A DNA stretch of 50,776 nt. Origin: a virus. Its lineage: Duplodnaviria > Caudoviricetes. Below are positions 17,169-27,419 of the stretch, one piece after another. The notes beneath the pieces were generated by a model, which did no database searches, was not told the origin of the DNA, and saw only the letters and a program-made list of their open reading frames with translations. The position numbers were made by a program, and so were the translations under genes. The stretch's first letter is position 1; each line of letters opens with the position of its first letter. The stretch is taken from IMG/VR virus record IMGVR_UViG_3300011115_000265, positions 1 to 50,776 of that record; one strand, given 5' to 3'.

Positions 17169-18385
17169 TGGCACTAATAGTTAAAGACAGGGTTAAGGAA
17201 ACCACTACCACTACAGGTACTGGTACAGTTACGCTCGCTGGTGCTTCTACAGGATTTCGTTCATTCGCTGACATTGGTACTGGTAACACTACCTACTACA
17301 CAATTGCAGGTGGTACTGAGTGGGAAGTAGGTCTTGGCACTTACACAGCATCTGGAACGACACTATCTCGTGATACTGTGCTGTCTAATAGTTTAGGAAC
17401 GACTGCTTTAATTTCATTCTCTGCTGGTGTTAAAGACGTATTTTGTACATACCCATCAGAAAAAGCCATATTAGGTGATACAAGTGCAGTAGGTTCTACA
17501 GGTACAGGGAATGTTGTATTAGATACTAATTCATCATTCACAACAGATATTGAAGTTAGACCATTTACATCAAAATTTATAGGTATTGGTGGGGGCAATG
17601 AAATATCTAATACTGTATTTGGGGCATACGCTTTAGCAAACAATAATTTTGGCACTAACAATATTGCTATTGGAGATAACGCATTAAATCAATCTTTATT
17701 TGGCAGTGGAAGTATTGCAATTGGCACTAATGCAGGAAGCACAATAACATCTGGTGAAAATAATATATATATTGGAGATAGTGTTTCGGCTTTTAATTCA
17801 TCAGCAATAAATGAAATTGTTATTGGATTTGGTGCAATTGGTATTGGCAGTAATAAAACTGTCATTGGAAATTCATCTACAGTAGAAACAAACTTAAAAG
17901 GCACTACAACAGTTGTTGGATTAACCGCTTCAGGCTCACTACAATTAACAGGTGATGCAACAGCCAATCAAAACATTGCTACAAACCAAACCACGGGCTC
18001 ACTAACAATTGGTGGCACAGGGGCGGCTACAGGAACACTTAATATTGGATTGTCAACTGCTTCGCATACTGTAAACATTGCAAATGGAACATTAACAACA
18101 CTTCGTGTTAGAACAATTAATATTGGCGTTGCTGGCGGAAACAATACACTTACAAACACAACAATTGGCACAATTGGTGTTCAAGGTAGTGCAAGAAGTG
18201 TCACTTTAATAAATGGCACAATAAGACAGCAAACATTTACAGTTGCAACATTGCCTACAGGGGTTGCTGGTGCAAGAAGTTTTGTGACAGATGCTTTAGC
18301 ACCTACATTTGGCGCAACTGTCGTTACTGGTGGGTCAGTAGGTGTTCCTGTATATCACGATGGCACTTCATGGAAGGTGGGCTAA
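17168..18385 (+). CDS. Tail fibre / receptor-binding protein
   Basis: DRVKETTTTTGTG N-terminus, NIAIG..A adhesin-like repeats, C-terminal VPVYHDGTSWKVG. Confidence 0.8.
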   Translation: MALIVKDRVKETTTTTGTGTVTLAGASTGFRSFADIGTGNTTYYTIAGGTEWEVGLGTYTASGTTLSRDTVLSNSLGTTALISFSAGVKDVFCTYPSEKAILGDTSAVGSTGTGNVVLDTNSSFTTDIEVRPFTSKFIGIGGGNEISNTVFGAYALANNNFGTNNIAIGDNALNQSLFGSGSIAIGTNAGSTITSGENNIYIGDSVSAFNSSAINEIVIGFGAIGIGSNKTVIGNSSTVETNLKGTTTVVGLTASGSLQLTGDATANQNIATNQTTGSLTIGGTGAATGTLNIGLSTASHTVNIANGTLTTLRVRTINIGVAGGNNTLTNTTIGTIGVQGSARSVTLINGTIRQQTFTVATLPTGVAGARSFVTDALAPTFGATVVTGGSVGVPVYHDGTSWKVG

Positions 18386-18652
18386 ATGGCACTATTAAAA
18401 TCAGTAAACACAGCATTTGGAATTGATGCAACTTATTGGAACATCTATTCCATTAGCGAAGACTTCAAAAATAAATCACTTGAAGTGGTTATTAACGGCT
18501 ATGTAAGTAAAGAAGTGCGAGATGAGAATCTTAATCCTGTTGCATGGAACAACCTAACATTTGCTGGCGATGATTATATTCAAGATGCTACACGCAAAGC
18601 AGTTTACAAGAGACTAAAGACAACCGAGTTTGCTGACGCTACGGACGTATAA
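18386..18652 (+). CDS. Putative tail fibre assembly chaperone
   Basis: Small ORF directly after the fibre; MALLK.V.T.FG..A.YW...Y..LK...F..A.DV pattern. Confidence 0.55.
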   Translation: MALLKSVNTAFGIDATYWNIYSISEDFKNKSLEVVINGYVSKEVRDENLNPVAWNNLTFAGDDYIQDATRKAVYKRLKTTEFADATDV

Positions 18653-19410
18653 TGTTTGGATTTAATTCTTTTGCTTCTCATTCTTTTGCAGATGTTAAAG
18701 AAGGTACACTATATACTAAAGTTTTAAATGTAGTATCTAGTACATCAGCTTTGTTTGTAAGACAAATAGGACGCATTTTAAACTACCTACAAGCGATTAA
18801 TATTAATATGGTAAGGGCATTGGTTAGGGTAAAGCTTTTAAATGCCTCTATTACTTCTGTAGTTTCTTTTAATAAACAAATTAAAAAGACGCTTACTTAT
18901 TTAGTAAATACTTTAAGTTCTTTTGTTAGACTTTTATATAAAACAATAAGTACTAATACTATTGTAAGTTTATTTATACAAAGAGCTAGGTTAGTTGTAT
19001 TAACTGTTATTAGTCTTATTCCTGTAGGTGGTTTAAATAGTTCTGCACTTAATAGTGCTGCTGTTAATTCTACAGTAATCTTTAGACGAATAGGTGTACT
19101 TGCAATTAACTATATGTCTAAGAAAGTTATTAAAACTTTACCTAGTGTTTTAGTTAATATTACTCCATTTTTTATAACACAACGTAGCAGATTTATGGTA
19201 GCTACTATTAATACTTCTGCTACATTTGTTAGATGCATTAATAAAATAATGAAAGTTTTAACAAATATTATAATCACTTTTATACCTAGTTTACTATCGT
19301 TTAGAATTTTTAATAATGAACGTTTATACTATATAGCTCAAAAAATTACAACTACTACTACAACTAAAATTAGAACTGTGTTTTATACACTAACACATTT
19401 AGGAAAATAA
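18652..19410 (+). CDS. Hypothetical virion protein
   Basis: MFGFNSFA..SFA N-terminus; translational coupling. Confidence 0.6.
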   Translation: MFGFNSFASHSFADVKEGTLYTKVLNVVSSTSALFVRQIGRILNYLQAININMVRALVRVKLLNASITSVVSFNKQIKKTLTYLVNTLSSFVRLLYKTISTNTIVSLFIQRARLVVLTVISLIPVGGLNSSALNSAAVNSTVIFRRIGVLAINYMSKKVIKTLPSVLVNITPFFITQRSRFMVATINTSATFVRCINKIMKVLTNIIITFIPSLLSFRIFNNERLYYIAQKITTTTTTKIRTVFYTLTHLGK

Positions 19411-19718
19411 TGAGTGCTTTTTCATATAAGTTGACTACAGAAAATGAACAGTTTACATTTGACTTTTCTAATGTACTAGGTTCAGGGGAAACTATTAGTT
19501 CTGCTACAGTGTCTATTACTGTTAAAGAGGGTACAGATTCTAACCCTAGTGCAATGCTTTTAGGTTTACCTTTAATTAGTGGTGCAAGAGTAGCTCAACG
19601 TATTTATGGGGGACTAGATCAAGTAACCTATAGGGTAGCTATTACTGCAACAACATCTTTAACTAACGTATATACTTATGTAGCTGACTTACCTGTGTTA
19701 TCTGTAGCGAGTTTATAA
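19410..19718 (+). CDS. Fibre/tail adaptor-like protein
   Basis: FTFDFS..L..GETISSATV...GG....Y motif. Confidence 0.6.
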   Translation: MSAFSYKLTTENEQFTFDFSNVLGSGETISSATVSITVKEGTDSNPSAMLLGLPLISGARVAQRIYGGLDQVTYRVAITATTSLTNVYTYVADLPVLSVASL

Positions 19719-19999
19719 TGAGTTACATTCCAAAATATAGTAGTGGTGACTGGATAACTATTTGTGATGTTTGTGGTCGTAAGTTTAAAGCATCTTTATT
19801 ACAACAACGTTGGGATGGTTTAATGTGTTGTAGCAAAGACTGGGAAATAAGACAACCACAAGATTTTGTACGAGGAGTAGCTGATACTCAAATAGCTCCT
19901 TGGTTAAGATCAGAACCTTCAAATTCTTTTGTACCAGTTACAAGTACTGTAACAGTAGACCCAGTACCTCCAGGTACTTTTAATGAGAATACTTTATAA
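19718..19999 (+). CDS. Small Cys-containing protein
   Basis: ICDVCG...WDGLMCC..DWE.RQPQ motif. Confidence 0.7.
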   Translation: MSYIPKYSSGDWITICDVCGRKFKASLLQQRWDGLMCCSKDWEIRQPQDFVRGVADTQIAPWLRSEPSNSFVPVTSTVTVDPVPPGTFNENTL

Positions 20000-20616
20000 T
20001 GCCAAGTTTATTTACTAATAATGCTTTAACAACAATTCAAACTAGTATTACAGATGTTTCTACGTTTGTTACTGTTAATGATGCTTCAGCATTTCCATTA
20101 AGTGTTGGACAAGATTATTTTTATATTACTCTGCAAGATGCTATTGCAGGTACTCATATTGAAATAGCTAAAGTTACTAATGTGACAAGTAATACTTTTA
20201 CTATTGTACGTGGTCAAGAAGGTACTACACCTTATGCTTTTCAAGCTGGGGATAGAGTTGAACTTCGCCTTACCGCTAAAGGTATTACAGAACTTCGATT
20301 ACCTAGAACTTTTTCTACTACTACTACTACTACTTTAAGTACCAACAGTGACTTACTAGATGAGGTTATTGTTACAAACTTAGCATCTAATATTACAATT
20401 AGTAATCCAACAGGTACTCCTGTAGATGGTCAAAAACTTATTATAAGAATTACAAGTGATGCTACTATTAGAACCATTACTTGGGGTAGTCTATTTTTTC
20501 CGTTAGGGACTGCTTTACCTATAAATACAGTAGCATCTAAAACTTTATACGTAGGATGTATGTATAATGTAGTAACAAGTAAATGGGATGTATTAGGTAC
20601 TATTCAAGAGGCTTAA
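19999..20616 (+). CDS. Tail fibre-related protein
   Basis: EI.KVT.....TFTIVRGQEGT...F..GDRVELR.TA and NPTGTPVDGQKL motifs. Confidence 0.7.
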   Translation: MPSLFTNNALTTIQTSITDVSTFVTVNDASAFPLSVGQDYFYITLQDAIAGTHIEIAKVTNVTSNTFTIVRGQEGTTPYAFQAGDRVELRLTAKGITELRLPRTFSTTTTTTLSTNSDLLDEVIVTNLASNITISNPTGTPVDGQKLIIRITSDATIRTITWGSLFFPLGTALPINTVASKTLYVGCMYNVVTSKWDVLGTIQEA

Positions 20617-20617
20617 T

Positions 20618-21913
20618 ATGGCAACTAAATACTGGATAGGTAATGGAGGACCTACGTCTGATTTAAGACGTTGGTCTAATTCTACAGGAAATAATTTTAC
20701 AATAAGTAGAGAAAATCCCACAAGTAATTATTTTATTTACTCTAATTTAATAGGAACGCTTGCAATAGGTCAAGCTGTTTTTGGACGATATAATAATGAT
20801 ACTTTTGGAGATTCTGAGTATTTAGGTACAATTTCTGACATAATTACATCCACTAAAAAAATAAGGCTTTCAGGAGGAGATTATTCTCCTTCAACAGATA
20901 TTGCTAATGTTAATTGGTGCTCTGGTACAATAGGAACAGCATTACCTTTAGATAATGATACTATTATTTTTAATGATAGGTCAGGTACTCAAACTATATA
21001 TATCCCTGAAACTTATACTTCTACTGTGTCTACTAAATTTAGCACTACAGATTTAACAGGCTTTTCAGGAGAAATTTCAGGAAGTATAAATACTAAAAAT
21101 TTAATTCTTAGCCCAATAGCTAGTTATAGTACACAACTAGGTTATTATAATTTTCTTGTAGCAAATGGATCTATTTCTATGGCTTCAGGGACGCCTAGAA
21201 CAGATTTGGGTTTTGTAAATATTGCAATTGGCGGATACTACTATAGAAATTCTTTTGGAAGTTCTTTTTATAGTTCTGATAATTCTTCTATAGTTTCTTT
21301 AGCTTCTAATATAGATAGTTTAGATACTAATTCAGCTACAGTTAATTTTTTTATAATTAGTGGAACTTTTAATACTAATAATTATAATATTAAAAATTAT
21401 TATTTTGTAACAGATGACCCTGCTTTTCCATTAACTACTAATACTGTTACTATTAATTTAGGGAGTTCTACTATAGAATCTACTCTAGTTAGTTTACTTG
21501 CTTCAGGAGCAGGTAGAAATTATACTTTAACTTTAAATCCTGGAACAAGTACTGTTATTGTTAATAATTTAACTAATGCTTATGGAAGTACTTTATATAA
21601 TGTAAGCCTTAAAGGTTTAACTTCTGGAAATTATTCTTGTAATACTTTTACTACTATTTGGGATGGCTCTGGATCAATGCCTATAAATGCTAATATATCG
21701 GCAAATAATTTTGTATTAAATGATTCTAGTATTTTAGGGTATACAGGAAAAGCCCTTACTAAAGTAGGTGGTGGGCCTATTAATATTAAAAATAGTAGTT
21801 TACAAAGATTAACAGTTTATCCTATTCGTACTTTTTACGCAACTAATTGTGAAAATTTAGGTAGCAATACTAATATTACTTTTTCTACAAATTCTTTTAT
21901 GGCCTTTTTTTAA
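20618..21913 (+). CDS. Putative tailspike / receptor-binding protein
   Basis: Asn/Ser/Thr-rich, beta-helix-like, AT-rich gene. Confidence 0.55.
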   Translation: MATKYWIGNGGPTSDLRRWSNSTGNNFTISRENPTSNYFIYSNLIGTLAIGQAVFGRYNNDTFGDSEYLGTISDIITSTKKIRLSGGDYSPSTDIANVNWCSGTIGTALPLDNDTIIFNDRSGTQTIYIPETYTSTVSTKFSTTDLTGFSGEISGSINTKNLILSPIASYSTQLGYYNFLVANGSISMASGTPRTDLGFVNIAIGGYYYRNSFGSSFYSSDNSSIVSLASNIDSLDTNSATVNFFIISGTFNTNNYNIKNYYFVTDDPAFPLTTNTVTINLGSSTIESTLVSLLASGAGRNYTLTLNPGTSTVIVNNLTNAYGSTLYNVSLKGLTSGNYSCNTFTTIWDGSGSMPINANISANNFVLNDSSILGYTGKALTKVGGGPINIKNSSLQRLTVYPIRTFYATNCENLGSNTNITFSTNSFMAFF

Positions 21914-21915
21914 TT

Positions 21916-22125
21916 ATGATTAACTACCAAGAACATCTATCAGAAGCATCTAAACACCTTTTAGATGGACTTTCTGCTTTAACAGTACTAGGAACACTTG
22001 CTCAGATGCTACCTCCTTTAGCAGCTTTATTTACTATTATTTGGACTATTATTAGAATTTATGAAACACAAACAGTTCAAAATCTATTAGGTAAAGACAA
22101 TGCTGACAGCACTGATATTAAATGA
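21916..22125 (+). CDS. Small membrane protein (holin-like)
   Basis: Hydrophobic LPPLAALFTIIWTIIRIYET segment. Confidence 0.55.
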   Translation: MINYQEHLSEASKHLLDGLSALTVLGTLAQMLPPLAALFTIIWTIIRIYETQTVQNLLGKDNADSTDIK

Positions 22126-22303
22126 AACAGGTAAAGTAAGTCATTCTAAACTGTGGTCAAACATAGCATACTTAGCAGGGACTATTAAATTTATTATGAT
22201 TCCAGAACCAAGTGCAGATATTTGGTTTGCTTATCTAGGAATTGTTGGTAGTGCTGCTGTAGCTTCTAAACTTATACAAATGAAATATGGAGACTCTAAA
22301 TGA
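22100..22303 (+). CDS. Small membrane protein (holin-like)
   Basis: GKVSHSKLWSNIAY, two hydrophobic segments. Confidence 0.55.
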   Translation: MLTALILNETGKVSHSKLWSNIAYLAGTIKFIMIPEPSADIWFAYLGIVGSAAVASKLIQMKYGDSK

Positions 22304-23043
22304 GTACATCGGGTGTAGCAACTTATAATGTAAACAGAAATGACATTATTGCAGCGTCTTTACGTTTACTAGGCGTCCTTGAAGAAGGGGCTGTACCTAA
22401 TGCAACGGCTATTGAAAATGCAAGTCTAGTTCTTAATCTGCTTATTAAAGACTGGATGACAGATGGTATTAAACTTTGGACTGTTAATGAAATTGTTCTT
22501 CCTTTAGTTTACAATAAAACAACGTATTCAATTGGTGAAGCTAACACTAACGATTTAGTTACTTTTAAACCACTTAAAGTTATTCAAGCTACTCTTCGTA
22601 ATAATGCAGTTAATCCTGCTATTGATATGCCTATGACTATTATCTCTGAACAAGAGTACAATATCCTAGGTGCTAAAAAGTCTCAAGGTAATGTTAATAC
22701 AGTAATGTACAAACCATATATTGATAATGGTATTCTTAGTATATTCTTAACACCTACAGTAGAAGTAGCTACTAACTATGAACTTCGTTTAAACATTCAA
22801 AGACCTCTTCAAAATATAACTAACTCTAATCAAACTTTTGATTTTCCAGCTGAGTGGTATCAATGTTTACGTTGGGGTTTAGCAGCAGAACTAGTACCTG
22901 ACTACGGTTTAGATTTACAACGATCTTCACTTATTATTCAAAGAGCAGAGCAGTATAAACAACGGTTACTAGGTTGGGATGTAGAAAATGCAAGCACATT
23001 CTTTAGACCTGATGCTCGTGCTAATTCAGTTAAATTTAGGTAA
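22300..23043 (+). CDS. Head-tail adaptor (P22 gp4-like)
   Basis: II..SLRLLGV, LNLL..DW, DFP.EW...L.WGLA.EL..DYG motifs. Confidence 0.7.
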   Translation: MSTSGVATYNVNRNDIIAASLRLLGVLEEGAVPNATAIENASLVLNLLIKDWMTDGIKLWTVNEIVLPLVYNKTTYSIGEANTNDLVTFKPLKVIQATLRNNAVNPAIDMPMTIISEQEYNILGAKKSQGNVNTVMYKPYIDNGILSIFLTPTVEVATNYELRLNIQRPLQNITNSNQTFDFPAEWYQCLRWGLAAELVPDYGLDLQRSSLIIQRAEQYKQRLLGWDVENASTFFRPDARANSVKFR

Positions 23044-23046
23044 TAT

Positions 23047-24663
23047 ATGGCTACTTTACGTTTACCAATGACATATCCTTTAGAGTTTAGATCAAGCTCT
23101 ACTGATAAAGGATCTAAAATGGTTAATTGCTATTCTGAAAAGGATGGTACAAACTCTTATGCAATTAAACGTCCTGGACTTAAGTACTCTGGAGTTTCTT
23201 TTCCAGCAGGTATTGGTCAAGGTATTTTTAATTATAAAGATAAGATTGTAGGAGTAATTAATAATAGTTTTTATAATGTTACAGGAACTACTCCAGCTTT
23301 AGTAAGTACTTTAGAAGGTGCTACAAATCGTTGTTATTTTAATAGAACAGCTAATGATGGGTATTTATTCTTTCATAAAAAAGATAAAGGTTATGTTTGG
23401 GATGGTACTACCTTTACTAAACTTTCTGCTAGTTCTGTAGGCTTTGTTAATGTTACAGCAGGCGGTACTGGTTATGTATCTGTACCAAGTGTTACCTTTT
23501 CAGCGCCTCCTAGTGGCATAACAGCTACTGGTACTGCAGTTTTAACTAGTGGTATTGTAACAGATATTATTATTACTAATGTGGGTTCTGGTTATGTAAG
23601 TGCCCCTACTGTAACTATTGCTGCTCCTCCAAGTGGCGGAACACAAGCAACAGCAGCTTCAGTACTTAATGGTTTTCCAGCAGGTAATATAGTTCCAGGT
23701 ACTGTCTACCTAGATGGGTATACTTTTGTAATGACAGAAGATGCTAAGATTTGGAACTCTGCAATTAATAATCCTTTACTTTGGGACCCATTAGATTTTA
23801 TTACATCAGAAGCTGAACCAGATAAAGGTGTGGCTATTGCTAAACAATTTAACTATCTTGTTGCTTTTGGACAATGGTCTACTGAGTTTTTTTATGACTC
23901 AGGTAATGTAACTGGTTCTCCTTTACTACCTAACCAAACAATGCGTATTGAGTTTGGATGTGCTAATGGTGACTCTGTAGCTCAAATGGAACAAACTATT
24001 ATTTGGGTAGGTGTTGGTAAGACTACAGGTAGAGTTGTACTTATGCTTGATGGTACAAGACCAGAACAAATGTCTGACGCTTCTGTAGAACGTATTCTTA
24101 ATAATTCTACTTTACAGAATGTACGTTCTTATAGTGTTAAGGTAGCTGGACATTTCTTCTATGTATTAAACTTAATAGATGATAATATAACTTTAGTTTT
24201 AGATGTTAAGACTAAAGAATGGGTTATTTGGACATCTTATGTTAATAATGTAGAGACTTATTTTGATGGTGTTTTTTATACTTATTTAAATAATACTCAT
24301 TGGACACTTGACAACGACAACGGAAGAGTGTATAATATAAGTGAGACTGAAACTCAAGATGACTCAGGAGCTATTCAGTTTAGAATTCGAACGCCTTTGT
24401 TTGATGCAGAGTCAACTAAACGCAAGTTTTTATCTAGGCTAGAAGTAGTTGGAGATAAAATACCCTCTGTTCTCCGAATTAGATTCACTGATAATGATTA
24501 TCAAAGTTGGTCAGATTATAGGACTGTCTTACTAGACGATACTAGAAGTGTACTCTATCAAAATGGTTCTTTCCGTAGAAGAGCCTATGAATTTTATAAC
24601 AATGATGATGTTCCTCTTCGTTTAAATTATTGCGAATTAGAACTTGAACCAGGAAATGTGTAA
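23047..24663 (+). CDS. Tail hub / packaged DNA stabilisation protein (P22 gp10-like)
   Basis: KRPGL, YLDGY, AE..PD, FG..STE and GH.FYVL beta-propeller motifs. Confidence 0.75.
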   Translation: MATLRLPMTYPLEFRSSSTDKGSKMVNCYSEKDGTNSYAIKRPGLKYSGVSFPAGIGQGIFNYKDKIVGVINNSFYNVTGTTPALVSTLEGATNRCYFNRTANDGYLFFHKKDKGYVWDGTTFTKLSASSVGFVNVTAGGTGYVSVPSVTFSAPPSGITATGTAVLTSGIVTDIIITNVGSGYVSAPTVTIAAPPSGGTQATAASVLNGFPAGNIVPGTVYLDGYTFVMTEDAKIWNSAINNPLLWDPLDFITSEAEPDKGVAIAKQFNYLVAFGQWSTEFFYDSGNVTGSPLLPNQTMRIEFGCANGDSVAQMEQTIIWVGVGKTTGRVVLMLDGTRPEQMSDASVERILNNSTLQNVRSYSVKVAGHFFYVLNLIDDNITLVLDVKTKEWVIWTSYVNNVETYFDGVFYTYLNNTHWTLDNDNGRVYNISETETQDDSGAIQFRIRTPLFDAESTKRKFLSRLEVVGDKIPSVLRIRFTDNDYQSWSDYRTVLLDDTRSVLYQNGSFRRRAYEFYNNDDVPLRLNYCELELEPGNV

Positions 24664-25124
24664 TGATTCGTGATCTTAATCCCAATAATTTTGAAGAACT
24701 AGAAACTCTTTGCGTGTTTGGTAAAGCTTTTTGTGAAGCTATTAATACTCATACTTTTGATAAACTTTCTTTTTTAAAGTTTGTACACACTATACTTTCT
24801 AAAAAAAGAGGTAAAGTATTTGTACTAGAACTAGACAATAAGATTGTTGGAAGTGTTGGAGTTGTTGCTTCTCCTTGTTTTTATAACAATAATGTACTTA
24901 GAGTACAAGAGTGTTTTTGGTGGATTGATCCTGAACATAGAAATTCCAGAGAAAGTATTAAACTTTTTAATAAAGTTGAAGAGTGGGCTAAAGAAATTAA
25001 TGCTCATCAAATTATGGTCTCATCTACTGCTACATTAAATCCTGAAAAACTAGAAAAGTTTTACATTAAAAAAGGATTTAAAAAGGTAGATATTAATTAT
25101 GTTAAGGATGTAAAAAATGCCTGA
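24663..25124 (+). CDS. GNAT family acetyltransferase
   Basis: WWIDPEHRN, E.WAK and LEKFYIKKGF motifs. Confidence 0.8.
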   Translation: MIRDLNPNNFEELETLCVFGKAFCEAINTHTFDKLSFLKFVHTILSKKRGKVFVLELDNKIVGSVGVVASPCFYNNNVLRVQECFWWIDPEHRNSRESIKLFNKVEEWAKEINAHQIMVSSTATLNPEKLEKFYIKKGFKKVDINYVKDVKNA

Positions 25125-25998
25125 GTTTATTGATGATGTCTTAGATTTTGGTGGAGATGTTATAAGTGGTGTAGGTGATGCTATAGGGGATGTTGCAGGT
25201 GGTGTCGGAGACGTTCTAGGTTCTATTGCTGATGTCCCTGTACTAGGTGATATTGCTAGTATGGCTGCTAACTACTTCGTACCTGGATCTGGTTTTATAC
25301 TGGACCAATTTGGAGAGGACAGTATTTTTAATGGTGGTGGTATTGGAAGCCTTATAGGAGACATAGGTAGTTCTTTTGGGATGCCTGGTGGAACAAGTGG
25401 TTCAGGCAGTCTTATGAACAGTTTTATGCCTGGTGAAAGTGCAGGTATGATTGGTGGTACTCCTAGTCTTGGTGGCTACGTAGGTAGTATGCTAGGTTTA
25501 GACCAGTCTGATATGGATTTTGCTGGTAAAATATTTAATGCTGGTTCTAGTATTTACCAAGCTTTTAACCAACCAAGTACTCAATCACCTCAAGCTGCTC
25601 AAAATCGTGCAGATCCTTATGCACTTTATAGACAAGAAGCAGCTACTAAATTAAATGCTTTAATGAAAGATCCAAGCATGGTTTATGGTATGCCTGGGTA
25701 TAACTTTGCACAACAACAAGGTGCTAAACAAATTACAAGGTCTAATGCAGCTACAGGTAATTTAGCTTCAGGTAGTACTCTTGCTTCTCTACAACAACAA
25801 GGTGCCCAGACAGCTCAAAGTTGGTTTGACAACTATGTAAATAAACTCCAAACTCAAGCTGGGGCATCATTTAGTCCAGCTTCTGGTGGAGCTGCCTATA
25901 CTGAAGCTGAAGATGTTAAAAATCAAAATGAGAAAGCTAAACAAAGAGCTATTCTTGAAGGTTTAACAATGGCTGGTAAAAGCTTTTTCAATCCATAA
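25117..25998 (+). CDS. Ejection / DNA transfer protein (P22 gp7-like)
   Basis: Gly-rich N-terminus; PGYNF..QQG.......AA.G.L.SG motif. Confidence 0.65.
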   Translation: MPEFIDDVLDFGGDVISGVGDAIGDVAGGVGDVLGSIADVPVLGDIASMAANYFVPGSGFILDQFGEDSIFNGGGIGSLIGDIGSSFGMPGGTSGSGSLMNSFMPGESAGMIGGTPSLGGYVGSMLGLDQSDMDFAGKIFNAGSSIYQAFNQPSTQSPQAAQNRADPYALYRQEAATKLNALMKDPSMVYGMPGYNFAQQQGAKQITRSNAATGNLASGSTLASLQQQGAQTAQSWFDNYVNKLQTQAGASFSPASGGAAYTEAEDVKNQNEKAKQRAILEGLTMAGKSFFNP

Positions 25999-26009
25999 AG
26001 GTTAAGTTA

Positions 26010-27419
26010 ATGGAAACATATAATAAATATGCTGTACCTACTATGCAAGAAGCTAAGGCTAGACTTGCTGGTTATGACAAAGATGTTCAAGACGCAGAAA
26101 TTAGTAGACTAAGGTTAGATGAAGCTAAACGAGTTTTATCTGAACAAGCACAAGCTAGGCAAACTAAAATTGACATTGATAAGTCAATGCCTATGGATGA
26201 AGAAATTCCTACTGCTCCTGTTGGTTTTGATGCTGGGATGCCTAAAGACCAAGCACAGTCTCAAACTATGCCTGAGATGGGTAGTACTGACTTTTGGAAA
26301 GGTCAACCTACTGCCCAACCTGAACAAGCAGCTCAACCTCAAACAACACCTATTCAAAAGCTTAAAGAAGGTAAGACTGCTTACACAACTATAGCTGGTC
26401 AAATAAAACAAAATGCTGCTTATGCTAAAGCTTTACGAGCAAAAGGTCTTCCAGACTTAGCAGAAGAGTATGAAACTAAAAATATCGGACTTGAAGAAAA
26501 AGCTTTAAAAGCTAAAGATGATCATTTAGATTATGCTGTTAAAGTATTTAGTAAAGCTGGTGATGCTGCTAATGGTTACTTAGATGCAATTAAAACTAAT
26601 CCTGCTGCAGATGACTCTGCTTGGGCAATGTTTTCTATGCAAGCTAAGATGTTTGGTGCTGATGAAAATAATAAATTAGGTTCACTTCCTAAAGAACAAC
26701 GTGCCCAGTTTGCTCAACAGATTATGGACTCTACTCAAACTGCTAAAGACAGAGTTGCTTTAGAACGAGAGCAAATAAAAGCTAGTACTAAACTAAAAAC
26801 TTCAGAGCAACATGATAAAACTTTACGTGACTTATCCTCTATAAAAGAAAAGCAACAGGCTTGGAGTAGACAATTTAGAGAAAGTAAACAAGCTTTTGAA
26901 GAAGGTAAGTTTAAATTTAAAGAATTATATTCAAGTGTTAATGATCAAATTAAAACTTATGAAAACAAAAAAACTAGTTTGGATAGGGATATTTCTGAGT
27001 ATGAACGCAATTTCTTAGAGTTCCAAAAAGGTAATATGTTTGTTAGTTCTTCTGGTAAATCTATGTCTCCTAGTGAAAACCCAGGTCTTCGTGAAGATGA
27101 AGGTGCTTTACTAAAACAAAAACTAGATGCAGCTAGATTAGAAAAACAAGAGTACGATTCTAACATTGATGAACTTAATGCCAATAGACAAGATTTATTA
27201 AAAAACATACCAGCTGCTCAACGTAAAAATCTTGAAGGTAATTCAGAGACTGATAAACCTAAAGAATTTAATACTAAAGTTGGTTATAAGTTTACTAAAA
27301 CTGCTTCTTCAGATGACTTAGCTTTATATAAAAAACTAATGTCCGAAGCTAAAACAAGAGAAGATAAATTAAAAGTTCAAGAACTAGCTTTTAAACATAA
27401 CATTGTGGAACCTAAGTAA
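26010..27419 (+). CDS. Putative internal virion / ejection protein
   Basis: Helical coiled-coil composition, position between ejection genes. Confidence 0.6.
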   Translation: METYNKYAVPTMQEAKARLAGYDKDVQDAEISRLRLDEAKRVLSEQAQARQTKIDIDKSMPMDEEIPTAPVGFDAGMPKDQAQSQTMPEMGSTDFWKGQPTAQPEQAAQPQTTPIQKLKEGKTAYTTIAGQIKQNAAYAKALRAKGLPDLAEEYETKNIGLEEKALKAKDDHLDYAVKVFSKAGDAANGYLDAIKTNPAADDSAWAMFSMQAKMFGADENNKLGSLPKEQRAQFAQQIMDSTQTAKDRVALEREQIKASTKLKTSEQHDKTLRDLSSIKEKQQAWSRQFRESKQAFEEGKFKFKELYSSVNDQIKTYENKKTSLDRDISEYERNFLEFQKGNMFVSSSGKSMSPSENPGLREDEGALLKQKLDAARLEKQEYDSNIDELNANRQDLLKNIPAAQRKNLEGNSETDKPKEFNTKVGYKFTKTASSDDLALYKKLMSEAKTREDKLKVQELAFKHNIVEPK

